Shown in pieces: positions 1 to 11,762 of a stretch of DNA of 64,000 bases (position 1 is its first letter; every line of letters starts with the position of its first letter). The stretch spans positions 74,028,001 to 74,092,000 of the forward strand of contig OX597831.1 in NCBI GenBank assembly GCA_951406725.2. Direction: 5' to 3'. The notes under the pieces are model-generated. The model searched no databases. It was not told where the DNA came from and saw only the letters and a list, made by a program, of their open reading frames with translations. The translations under genes and the position numbers were made by a program. This DNA comes from Octopus vulgaris (lineage: Eukaryota).

Positions 1-555
1 TAGTCTGTGGAATTTGGGATGAAACAATGGCACACATTGTTACAGAATTGTCCCAAGCAGGCTCAGGAAGAATATAAGAAATGGAGACATGACCAATTTG
101 TGAAAGTTTTACACCGGAAACTTTGTAAGAAATTAGGAGCCGGTGACACATAATATGATCATCAGGTCGAAAGAGTACTGGAGTCGAAGAAATGAAAAGG
201 TTTATGGGTCTTATTCGAACGGAAAAGAAACTAGAAAATAATAAACCAGAACAAAAAATAATTGATAAGGAAAAGCGGAATTGATCACTAACTGATCCAT
301 CCTGACCGTTAGATTCTAGGATTGTAAAAAAAGAGGACGAAAGATCAAAAATATAAAATTCCTTAAAATTTGAAATTGAGATAATTTGGAGAATGAAAAC
401 TGTAACGGATGTGCCTATAATAACTTGTGCATTAGGAACTGAGTAAAGATGTAGACAAATGATTGACGGAGATTGGAACAGAATGTGCTGTATAGCTTCT
501 ACAGAAAATTTGCCTCTTAGGCACAGGAAACGACCAGGAGAATTTTAAGCACTTG
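1..555 (+). mobile_element. Decayed R4/Dong-clade non-LTR retrotransposon, C-terminal zinc knuckle plus restriction-like endonuclease
   Basis: Manual translation across frameshifts gives VCGIWDETMAHIV..C, KWRHD, LENNKP, VPIITCALG and LQKICLLGT. These match the CCHC, RHD, PD-(D/E)xK and terminal QK..LLGT motifs of RLE retrotransposons. Many stops and frameshifts. Confidence 0.75.
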
Positions 556-680
556 AAAGCCAATAGAAAGTTTGTGGATGTCTACGGGTATGTCTACCAA
601 GAATAAGACTGAGCCTAAGTCAGATGAATAATTTATCGACCTCGAAAGGATGAAAGGCAAAGTCGATAATAAAGTACCAG

Positions 681-1160
681 GCTCTCATGGCTTCTGATCT
701 TAACTGATTGGAAGTGTTATCATGTACATTGTTTTGTCTTGGTATAAAAGATGGGCTACAGCAAATATTCTGCTCAATACCACAGATTTGCTTGTCAATT
801 GTTTGACCTTAACCAGTTGACCATGTCCTTTAGTGGCTGACGATATATGCATCTCTGACCACGAGCAGAAGTAGTGGGGGAGCATCATAGCCATGTGTTG
901 AGAGGAATTCTTTAGGGTTTGGATAATTCACCTGTGGAAACATGGGTGTTTCATTCAACATCCTTAAACAATTCTAACTGGACTCCACCTGCAAGGTCAT
1001 GCGCTGTTTATCTCGATATAAAACAACCATGTCGCGCACATGTGGTTGTGATGCCTGTACGAGGTGTACTCTTATCAGACAGGTAATCATGATGGGTATA
1101 TTGGGCTGCGTATAATTGTACCCCAATGTCACTTTGATGGTATGCGCTGCTTTCTCACTC

Positions 1161-1206
<46 letters not shown>
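681..1206 (+). mobile_element. Non-coding retroposon 3' end (LINE 3' UTR or SINE) ending in an (AAT)n tail
   Basis: About 480 bp of complex sequence ends abruptly in (AAT)n at 1161-1206, between two R4/Dong fragments. Family not verified. Confidence 0.45.
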
Positions 1207-1208
<2 letters not shown>

Positions 1209-1224
1209 GATAATGCCAACATTA

Positions 1225-1752
1225 TGGAATAACAACAGAAAAAAATGGTATAGGCACACACCAGAAAAGGTCACAGAAAACGAGAAATCAAACATACTCT
1301 GGGATATGCCGATACACACAGATAGAGAAATTAAGTCCAATAGACCAGATGTAGATGTCAGAGATCATGAAGAAAAAAAATGCTTTCTAATTGATGTATC
1401 AATACCGGCAGATGACAACGTGTCTCTAAAAGAAATGGAGAAACTTTCAAAGTAAAAAGACCTGGAAATAGAGGTAACCAGAATGTGGAATCTAAAAACA
1501 GAAACAATTCCTATCATAGTAGGTGCATTAGGCATCATAAAAAATATTCAAACAAATACGTAACAAAAACACCAGGACTTACAAAAACATATAACATACA
1601 GAAAATTGCAATACTAGGCACTGCACACATCCTACGCAGAACACTTTCAATACAGTAACCATCAGAGCATCACAACAAATCATAGCACATACCCAAGGCA
1701 CACAGAGCTGCGCTCGGTAGTGAAGTGAAAGCACGCTATAAAAATAAAACTA

Positions 1753-1812
<60 letters not shown>
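1225..1812 (+). mobile_element. 5'-truncated R4/Dong-clade LINE: RLE domain, 3' UTR and (AAT)n tail
   Basis: ORF 1213-1455 (WYRHTPEKVTENEK..ILWD..IHTDR.IKSNRPD..LIDVSIP..EKLSK) continues past a stop as DLEIEVTRMW..IPIIVGALG..IQKIAILGTAHILRRTL. (AAT)n flanks both sides. Confidence 0.9.
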
Positions 1813-1814
<2 letters not shown>

Positions 1815-1815
1815 A

Positions 1816-1867
<52 letters not shown>

Positions 1868-1895
1868 GTAGTAGTTGTAGTAATCTTTTCTCTTA

Positions 1896-2012
1896 TTGGC
1901 ACAAGACTGAACTTTTTTGCTGGGAGGGTGGGGAGTCGATTACATCAACGCTAGTGCTCACACATACTTATTTTATCGACCCCGAAAAGATTAACAAAGT
2001 CCACCTCATCGG
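1896..2012 (-). mobile_element. Decayed SINE family C fragment
   Basis: gtcgattacatc...ttttatcgaccccgaaa matches the copy at 22636-22867. Confidence 0.6.
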
Positions 2013-2071
2013 GGTGTCTGTATGTGTGTGATTATGTGTGTGATATATTTGTGTCTGTGTTTGTGATTATA

Positions 2072-2928
2072 AATACATACATACATACATACATACATAC
2101 ATACATGCATACATAATACATACATACATACATACATACATACATACATACATACATAATACATACATACATACATACATACATACAAACATACATACAT
2201 ACATGCATGCATACATACATACATACATACATACAAACATACATAATACATACATACATAGTACACACATAGATACATACATACATACAAATATACATAA
2301 TACATACATACAAAGATACATAATACATACATGCATACATACATACATACATAATACACACATACATACATACATACATACATACATACATACATACAAA
2401 CATACATAATACATACATACATACATACATAATACACACATACATACATACATACATAATACACGCATACATACATACATACACACATACATACAAACAT
2501 GCATAATACATACACACATACATACATAATACATAATACACGCATACATACACACATACATACATACATACATACATACAAACATGCATAATACATACAC
2601 ACATACATACATAATACATAATACACGCATACATACACACATACATACATACATACATACATACATACAAACATGCATAATACATACACACATACATACA
2701 TAATACATAATACACGCATACATACACACATACATACATACATACATACATACATACATACAAACATGCATAATACATACACACATACATACATAATACA
2801 TAATACACGCATACATACACACATACATACATACATCCATCCATACATACATACATTCATACATACATACATACATACATACATAATGCATACATACATA
2901 CATACATACATGCATACATGCATACATA
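2072..2928. repeat. Compound (ACAT)n microsatellite with a ~86-92 bp higher-order unit
   Basis: Direct reading; acaaacatgcataat recurs at about 2493, 2578, 2666 and 2760. Confidence 0.9.
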
Positions 2929-2947
2929 TGTTTGGGATATATATATA

Positions 2948-3115
2948 TTTTACTTGTATCAATAAAGAGCTTTTACACAAACGAATCGACCGTTGTACTT
3001 TCTTTTTAAGCCTGGTACCTATTTCATCGGATTCTTTTGCCAAACAGCTAGGTTACAGAAACGTAAATAGACCAACACCGGTTGTCAAGCAGTGGTGAAG
3101 GCCAAACACAGACGC
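2948..3115 (-). mobile_element. Decayed SINE family A, 3' half
   Basis: cttttgccaaacagctaggttac...acaccggttgtcaagcagtggtg is similar to 39158-39552. Confidence 0.65.
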
Positions 3116-3399
3116 AAAACCACGCATGCGTGCACAAATAAACACGCACACATGTATGTATATGTATATATAAATGCATACACACACACATATATATATA
3201 TATACATATACATACACACACACCCACACACATATATATACACACAAACACTTGTGTCTGAATTTATATATTTATATATGTACATGTCAATGTTGAGCCT
3301 GGTGATGTTGGCATGGGTATATTCGGTGGTGGTAGCCATGGTAGACACTTGTAGTCGTAGCAGCGACGTTAGCGTTAGTTGTAGTTGAGTTAAAACTTT

Positions 3400-3620
3400 T
3401 ATCGTTTAGCCCCAGGTCAGTGTTGAATGAGCATCCTTTTGTTGAAAATCTTTCCAGTTGTGACTCTCCAGACTTTTGCTTTCATCTTTTTTCTGTTTGG
3501 TTTGGATGTGTAAGATAATCTAAAATTTGTTCTTACATTTTTAAAGACAGTAATGTATGATATTAGGAAAATTTGGCTGCTATTTCTGGTAGATTGAGCA
3601 ACTACATAGGGTCTCCCTCA
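3400..3620. repeat. Old ~200-bp dispersed repeat (family D); related copies near 26410-26589, 35858-36055 and 58635-58848
   Basis: Shared outline tttarcccyaggtca...tttggctgctatttctrg; copies are highly diverged and were compared by eye. Confidence 0.4.
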
Positions 3621-4257
3621 TTAGCTTGTCGTTGTTTGTTGTGTAAGTGTAGTGGAAACGGTGTGGGTGGTGATATCCCTGTTGTTGTTATGTGGTGATA
3701 GTATAAATGTTGTTGCTGTGGTCGTTGTTGTTGTTGTTGGTGGTGATGGTGTCGGCGATTTTAGAAGTGGTGGATGCGGTAATTAACGAAACGGTGGTGG
3801 GTCTGATGAAGGTGGTGGTGGGTGTCACAAACAACAAAGAAAAACTCGGTAAAAGACTGGCAGAGCCGATCTGGGTAATTGGTGGGCGGTCGGTGTAATG
3901 GCGGCTGGAAGATAAAGATGGCTGCCGTTGAACGAGATTTGAAACGAGAAAGTAAATAGGAAGAAATAAGGAGACGTAATTTATCTGAGTGAAGGAGTAT
4001 AATCTAATGAGAGATGAAAGTAATAAAGTGGGAAATAATAATTGGGCAAGAGAATTGAATAAAGGAATGGTGAAGGAAAGGAACGAGAAAGAAATAACAG
4101 AGTTGCGGAGAAGTAGGTGGGTGGGAGAGTGCAGGGGGATGGAGGGTAGACGAATAAGAAAGATGTGGGGGATGGGGTTGGGGAAGATGAGGAAAGAGGG
4201 AGGGGTTGAGGAAGTTGAAGAAAGAGGAGAACAAAGAGTCAGAAGACGAGAAGGTGA

Positions 4258-4331
4258 GAAGAAGAAGAAGAAGAAGAAGAAGAAGAAGAAGAAGAAGAAG
4301 AAGAAGAAGAAGAAGAAGAAGAAGAAGAAGA
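4258..4331. repeat. (GAA)n microsatellite
   Basis: Direct reading. Confidence 0.95.
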
Positions 4332-4632
4332 TGGTTGAAGCATACGTGAAACTGTCCTACGTAAATGTGTATGTGTGTGCGTAGTCTGTGTATTTGTATG
4401 TATGAATACACATTCACACACAGAAACACACACGCGCACATGCACATATACATACATACACACATACACATACAAAAATACATACATGTATATAGTCATA
4501 TATTCAGACATTTATAGACACTCTTACATAGACTCACACACACATATACATGAAGATTCATAATATACATCTTCATATATTAATACACACAAACACACAC
4601 AAAGATACATGCATATATACAATATAAATATG

Positions 4633-4873
<241 letters not shown>

Positions 4874-4887
4874 ATATAACATGAGTT

Positions 4888-5199
4888 TAATATCAGGCAC
4901 GATTGTTTCAGTAGCGTCTTATTTCACACCACACTATTTATAAGTATTTACGTGTAATACACATAACTTGGATAAGTTACAGATCGTCGAAATATTGGGG
5001 GGATGCCACCCTCTTCAGACGCTTACTCATCTTTTGAGTTATCATCATACATGACAGTCAACATCTGAAGAAGAGTTTAGTCTTTATTATTTCAACCGTC
5101 CATAATTCATGCAATTCTTGTGTAATTTATCACCGATAATTATTTGTATGTCATGTGGTGTGAGGTGGAAGAACACTGAAACAGTTGTAAGCGATATTA
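4888..5199. mobile_element. Fold-back element with two outward-facing decayed hammerhead motifs (Penelope-like)
   Basis: Diverged inverted arms. Plus strand: CTGAAGA 5065 ... GAAACagttGTA 5178-5189. Minus strand: CTGAAGA (5012-5018) ... GAAACaatcGTG (4898-4909). Confidence 0.5.
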
Positions 5200-5210
5200 C
5201 ACTTATGCTA

Positions 5211-5478
5211 TACTCTCTTTACTCTTTTACTTGTTTCACACCAGCATCGGTTGTCAAGCTTAACACAGACACACAAACACACACACGCATGTATATATAT
5301 ATACATATATACGACGGGCTTCTTTCAGTTTCCATTCTACCAAATCCACTCACAAGGCTTTGGTCGGCCCGAGGCTATAGTAGAAGACACTTGCCCAAGG
5401 TGCCATGCAGTGGGACTGAACCCGGAACCATGTGGTTGGTAAACAAGCTACTTACTACACAGCCACTCCTGCGCCTAT
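5211..5478 (-). mobile_element. SINE family A (tRNA head plus CORE-like ccttgggcaag), internally deleted
   Basis: Minus strand reads aggcgcaggagTGGCTGTGTAGtaag...GGTTCAGTCCC (A/B boxes), then ccttgggcaagtgtc, joined directly to the gaaacaagtaaaagagta tail. Confidence 0.85.
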
Positions 5479-5671
5479 TCTGACGTTTTCTGACGTTTTC
5501 TGCGTTACTCGAAGGAAAATGCGCACAAACTCATTCTGCCGGTGATATGTACCCGGATATCGTGTACTTAAGGATTCGCAACATTAGATATCAAATTTAT
5601 TTTATGGATAGCCTGGAATTCGTATATGGTGACTAAGGGATATGCCAACGTTTTACTAAATCCAAATAACT

Positions 5672-5848
5672 CCATACTGGAGCACCGCCTTTAGTCGAAC
5701 AAATCGACCCCAGGACTTATTCGTTGTAGGCCTTAGTACTTATTCTCACGGTCTCATTTTGCCGAACCGCTAAGTTACGCGGACGCAAACATACCAACAT
5801 CGGTTGTGAAGCGATGGTGAGGGGACAAACGCACACACTGAAATACAT

Positions 5849-5850
<2 letters not shown>
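5672..5850 (-). mobile_element. SINE family A, 3' half
   Basis: ctggagcaccgcctttagtcga...gccgaaccgctaagttac matches 39198-39350. Confidence 0.8.
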
Positions 5851-5895
<45 letters not shown>

Positions 5896-6028
5896 ATATA
5901 ATATCATAATATGTATGTAAATTATAGTATATATATATATATGTATATATGTGTGTGTGTATGTATGTATTTGAGTGTGTGTATTTGTCCCCTCACCGTC
6001 GCTTGATGTATATATGTATGTATATATG

Positions 6029-6104
<76 letters not shown>

Positions 6105-6107
6105 TAA

Positions 6108-6138
<31 letters not shown>

Positions 6139-6267
6139 AACATATGTATAGGCATATATATGCATACGTATATATACCTATATACGTATATATATATATC
6201 GATAGATATATAGATAGAGAAAGAATTAGTGAGAGAGAGTGAGAGAGTGAGTGAGTGAGAGTCAAAG

Positions 6268-6298
<31 letters not shown>

Positions 6299-6397
6299 AG
6301 AGATCTATAGACAGCTGGATCGATAGACAGACATAAATATATTAAAAACAATAAAGTAGTTAGTGTGAACAGATGCTTTGTGCAGTTTATTGGCATG

Positions 6398-6455
<58 letters not shown>

Positions 6456-6791
6456 GTGTGTGTGTGATGTTGGGTGGGGATTGGCAGAGGGAAATTTGAG
6501 ACAGGATGGCTGTGATGGTGGAATAAGACTTCTGGCAATACTGCACACAGCTGCACCGCTAATGAACCAAATTACAAACAATAGAAACGGCACCACTGCA
6601 CACAGACATCTCTCTCTCATTCTCTCGCTCTCTCTCTCTCCTTATCTCTCTTTCTCTCTCGGCGATGTGCAATGTTCGTTGGTTTGCGTTGAAATACGGG
6701 AGGAGTCGTGAGAGGAGCGCGAGAGAGGAAGGAGGAGGTTAAAAAGAACAGAGAGGGGAGAACAGAGAGGGGAGAACAGAGTGTATGTAAT

Positions 6792-6843
<52 letters not shown>

Positions 6844-7153
6844 GGCGGAAGGATTGTGTGTAATGTAAGTAAGAATAAATACGTTGGCAGACATGAAAAG
6901 GAAGGAGGGGAAGAGACGGAGAGAGGGAGGGAGAGAGAAAGGGATGGGTGGAGGGGAGAAAGGGAGTGAGGGAAAGAGAGAGAGAAAGGGAGGGGTAGAG
7001 GGGGAGAAAAACATACTTTGGTTTGTTGATACACACGGACACACATAAAAATATATATATATATGTACACACACTAGTCTCTACCTGAATAGTAACGGAT
7101 AAACGCACATACATATGTGTGTATATGTTGGCATATATATGTATGTATGTATG

Positions 7154-7185
<32 letters not shown>

Positions 7186-7400
7186 CGCGTGTGTGTGTGT
7201 GTGTGCGTGCGTGTGTGTACATGATGATATATCGCATGCATGTGTGAGCAGACACCTCTCTGTTTTCGTCTGTCTGTCACTCTGACTCTCTCGCTCTGTA
7301 TATACCTACATATATATACATATATACGCATATATATTTGTATATATATATATAAATGTATATATATGTTTATATGTATATATATATATGTGTATATATA

Positions 7401-7433
<33 letters not shown>

Positions 7434-7482
7434 GTATATATATATATGTATATATATATGTATGTATATATATATATGTATA

Positions 7483-7569
<87 letters not shown>

Positions 7570-8014
7570 ATGTATATGTATATGTGTGTGTGTGTGCTGG
7601 CTGACGTACCCGGTAATTCCGGGGAAAGCGCGGTTTATCTCTTGGTTCCATTCTGATAATTGTTTCGCTAATCCAATAACAACAATACAAAGTATGTAGC
7701 CCTTAAAACGGTTTTCGTGCATTTACAGAGAATACCGAACTGTCTTACACAGGATCTTGTTTTTAGGAATTCCCAATAATTTATGAATACCCAAATTGTG
7801 AAGTAAGTTATGTAATGACAGGAGATTAGTTACCCGATAGTAAGAATTCAAATAAAGTAGCCCCGAAGAAGGCTTTAATGCATTCCTAGAGTATATAGAA
7901 CTTTGGAGGAAATACAAATAAGGTATGTACACTAAAATCGTGGAGCATGTTACGTAATAAGAAGAAAATCAGATACGAGATAATAACAATTCAAAAATAA
8001 CTCTGATAAGGGAT

Positions 8015-8461
8015 TTTGTGCGTTCCCAGAGAATATTACCCTCAGGGGCCCTAGTGCTGGTATATTCGCGAATAAGTTACTAACCGAAATAAGTGGATCT
8101 ACTGTTTAGGAAAATGTTATTTACTTGTTTAAGGGTTGTACTGAATAAATTGCGAAAATAACTTTAACCGTTCAAATATTAAGAAATAAGCATACTCAAT
8201 TTGATTTATACCAAATGATTTAGGAAAATGAACGGGTTATTTGCCTTGGCTGTTAAAATGAAATATATGAGATATAGAAAAGAATCTCTTCCAGGACCCT
8301 ATTATCGAGCTTTTCAACAATCTGAGTATGCCAAGAGGTTTCCAGACATGAGTTCTTCTCACGTGTCAAGTTTCATCAAAATCGATGAAGCGATGTAGGA
8401 GGAGTTAGAGAGCAACTCCACAAACATACCCACAGACAAAATCTCCCACATATGTAGTAGA
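8015..8461 (-). mobile_element. Probable non-autonomous Helitron-like element; 5' end clear, 3' end unresolved
   Basis: Minus strand starts A|TCTACTACATAT..TTTGTCTGTGGGTATGTTTG; internal aagtttcatcaaaatcg is typical of invertebrate Helitron-derived repeats. No clean CTAG|T end found. Confidence 0.5.
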
Positions 8462-8499
8462 TACAAACACACACACGCACAAACACACACACACACACA

Positions 8500-8777
<278 letters not shown>

Positions 8778-8806
8778 ATATATATATATACTTACATGCT
8801 TACAGG

Positions 8807-8845
<39 letters not shown>

Positions 8846-8908
8846 GTCAGTCTGTTTGTCTCTCTGTCTGTCTGTACGTATGTATGTACGCATGCATGTA
8901 TGTGGGTT

Positions 8909-8967
<59 letters not shown>

Positions 8968-9060
8968 CAACAATTGAGGGTAAAATTAATTAATTATTAA
9001 TCAATTTCACCAAGTGTTCAGTATGCAAAGGGACCATTTAAGGCGAATTCAAATTATTAC

Positions 9061-9129
9061 ATTATATAAAAGGGCTTAGTAAAATAAATGCGGCGAAGTA
9101 ATTTATTTTACTAAGCCCTTTTATATAAT
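9061..9129. repeat. Perfect 29-bp inverted repeat with an 11-nt loop
   Basis: attatataaaagggcttagtaaaataaat / atttattttactaagcccttttatataat. Confidence 0.95.
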
Positions 9130-9344
9130 ATATATATATATATATTTATTCTAAAAAATTTTTTTTGCCACCCTATATTGATTAATTATGAATTTTCTGG
9201 TTAATTCCGTAATGGAATCGGTGGCTTATATTTATTTGCTGCCGATAAATTTGGCGCGAGTGCGACGATTTGAAAATTTTAGGTCAGATATTGCCGAGGT
9301 AGCAAGGGGAATGCCTCGTGAAAAATATCTGTTCCGACTTGGCT

Positions 9345-9451
9345 ATTTCTTACTGATGAATCTAAGGGCCTATGGTAGATTGGCTTGATTTAATTTAATC
9401 AGGTTAGTTTACCATTAAACGGTAGATGAAACGGTGCATCGTCTAAGAAAT
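9345..9451 (+). ncRNA. Type I hammerhead ribozyme, copy 1; predicted cleavage after GTC at 9443
   Basis: Stem I atttctta/taagaaat (8 bp); core CTGATGA 9353-9359; stem II atcta/tagat with a 19-bp distal helix; GAAA 9428-9431; stem III CGG-TGCA-TCG; GTC. Confidence 0.85.
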
Positions 9452-9834
9452 TACAGGGTAAATGTTTTTTAATTTTCTCCTGGTTTACGGAATTGATGTT
9501 ATTTTGCGGTTAAAGCTTTTGGCTGTTATTTCTAGTGGGTGAATGACCTATTATGGCCGTTCCTTGATTGTGATGTTGAACTTAAAAATGGTTTATGACT
9601 ATTTAATTTTTTCCCACTAGGCCGCTGGTGGCAAAAGAATTCTACAAAATTTTTTTGCCACCCTATATTGATTAATTATGAATTTTATGGTTAATTCCGT
9701 AATGGAATCGGTGGCTTATATTTATTTGCTGCCGATAAATTTGGCGCGAGTGCGACGATTTGAAAATTTTAGGTCAGATATTGCCGAGGTAGCAAGGGGA
9801 ATGCCTCGTGAAAAATATCTGTTCCGACTTGGCT

Positions 9835-9941
9835 ATTTCTTACTGATGAATCTAAGGGCCTATGGTAGATTGGCTTGATTTAATTTAATCAGGTTAGTTT
9901 ACCATTAAACGGTAGATGAAACGGTGCATCGTCTAAGAAAT
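9835..9941 (+). ncRNA. Type I hammerhead ribozyme, copy 2; predicted cleavage after 9933
   Basis: Same sequence as 9345-9451, offset by 490. Confidence 0.85.
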
Positions 9942-10059
9942 TACAGGGTAAATGTTTTTTAATTTTCTCCTGGTTTACGGAATTGATGTTATTTTGCGGT
10001 TAAAGCTTTTGGCTGTTATTTCTAGTGGGTGAATGGCCTATTATGGCCGTTCCTTGATT

Positions 10060-10121
<62 letters not shown>

Positions 10122-10126
<5 letters not shown>

Positions 10127-10335
10127 ACGGTTTACGAAAAAAACAAAAGATGAAGACAGGTGGTGTACAAAACAAACAGATGTATTAGTATAACGCTTAG
10201 GAAGAGAAAAAGTCTTTTACATTTCGAGCCTACACTCTTCTATAGAAAGGGACACAGAAAAAACAAGGAGAGAAAAAGGAGAGAAAAAAAGGAGAGAAAA
10301 AATGTGTGTAGTGGCTAACGATCTATCATGGTGAC
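10122..10335 (-). mobile_element. Penelope-like terminal repeat relic with a decayed compact hammerhead (10212-10247)
   Basis: Homologous to 37950-38250; minus strand ..GAAGAGtgtaggCTCGAAAtGTAaaaga. Confidence 0.5.
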
Positions 10336-10600
10336 TCAACACGAACCATTTATATGTGTGTGTGTATGTGTATCGTGTATATATTTGTGTGTGTGAATAT
10401 ATATATATATTTAGAGGATATTTTAACCCCATAAAGAGATGCTTACACCCAAGGGAATACTGGTTCAATACCTACTATTACCGGGGAAGGAAATTGCCTT
10501 AAAGCAATTGGTATATATCAAGCAAATAGTTCATATCCAGTTAAAAAATAAAACGGAGAGTTATTAATTATTTATTATTAAGAAGTTGGTAAGTTTTACT

Positions 10601-10691
10601 TCTTACAGTCGTTTCCATTAGTACCTAATAACTAAATTACGAATTTGTGCATTGAATTTGCATTATGTTATGAGCATAATTTCATCAGAGA
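10601..10691 (-). ncRNA. Minimal hammerhead ribozyme motif
   Basis: Minus strand tct-CTGATGA-aatta...taatg-GAAAC-gact-GTA-aga. Core intact, stem I only 3 bp, mismatch at the base of stem II. Confidence 0.55.
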
Positions 10692-10722
10692 CAAGGATAT
10701 AGCTTAAGATGTGACATGCCGA

Positions 10723-10763
<41 letters not shown>

Positions 10764-11030
10764 AAGAAGAGTGACTGTAAATTTGACTTTCGGCCTGCCA
10801 ACCTTCATCGGACTGCAGCATATTTGGGTCCCTCTTGGCTTTATATATTGCGTGGTCATTTGTTCCCACTATCCTTCGAAGGCCGAGGTATCCCTCTACT
10901 TGTTAAAGTATATGTACGCTGCATTGAATGTCGATGAATAATTCTTCGTTTAAATATAAGATTTCGATTATATCTTGACGTAACAAGAATCATTTATATG
11001 TGTGCATGTATGTGTGTCTGTGTATATATT

Positions 11031-11073
<43 letters not shown>

Positions 11074-11181
11074 GCATGTATATGGATACACAGATATATA
11101 TTGCAATATGTATATAGTCAAATACAGAGATTGCGTGGCGGTGTGGTTAACACATATACACACATGTGGTCTTGGGTTCAC

Positions 11182-11247
<66 letters not shown>

Positions 11248-11720
11248 AAAAATTCTATCGTAATTGCTTCATAACTTAACAAAATTGGTCGCAAATTGTG
11301 AAATAAATAGAAATATTTCTCTGATCTGACAGAAAACTGGTTCTTTGTTAGCTGGAAACTAATGGATGGCGAATTAATTATATATAAATGATTTAAAAAT
11401 TAAATACATTTGATAATTAAATACATATTATTTAGGGGTTTCTCTATACTAGGGGATTTATCGAGGATGGAATTATTTTTGTAAATGATTAAATTGAAAT
11501 GGAAATGGTTGGCTCTCTCTGAAGAATTAATAAATTCAGGATCAATCATAGATTATTCACACATTCATACACACATGCGTTGACGTGTATGTATGTATGT
11601 ATGTATGTATGTATGTATGTATGTATGTATGTATGTATGTATGTATGTATGTATGTATGTATGTGTATGTATGTGTGAATGTGTAAATACAAACATATAT
11701 ATATATTTTTATATATAGTG

Positions 11721-11751
<31 letters not shown>

Positions 11752-11762
11752 ACACATGTATA

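Larger units (their letters stand above)
9148..10064 (+). mobile_element. ORF-less 490-bp head-to-tail tandem repeat (~1.9 copies) with one hammerhead per unit; retrozyme or Penelope pseudo-LTR-like
   Basis: Constant 490 offset (ccctatattg at 9171 and 9661), few substitutions (e.g. 9197 c/9687 a; 9546 a/10036 g), flanked by (TA)n. Confidence 0.85.

Noticed and set aside
2006-3043. Long ORFs of YVCM, YI, HT, LS, poly-K/E/Y/L type throughout the ORF track
   Set aside because: Translations of stop-free microsatellites, open in several frames and on both strands.
7598-7642. CTGACGTA-cccgg-taatt-ccggg-GAAA hammerhead-like motif
   Set aside because: Extra base in the core and no stem I; at most a relic. 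The same applies to ~51050-51118, 51231-51337 and 56428-56460.
9188-9878. Duplicated 66-aa ORF in the 490-bp unit
   Set aside because: No recognisable motif; identity follows from the DNA duplication, and the RNA structure explains the sequence better.
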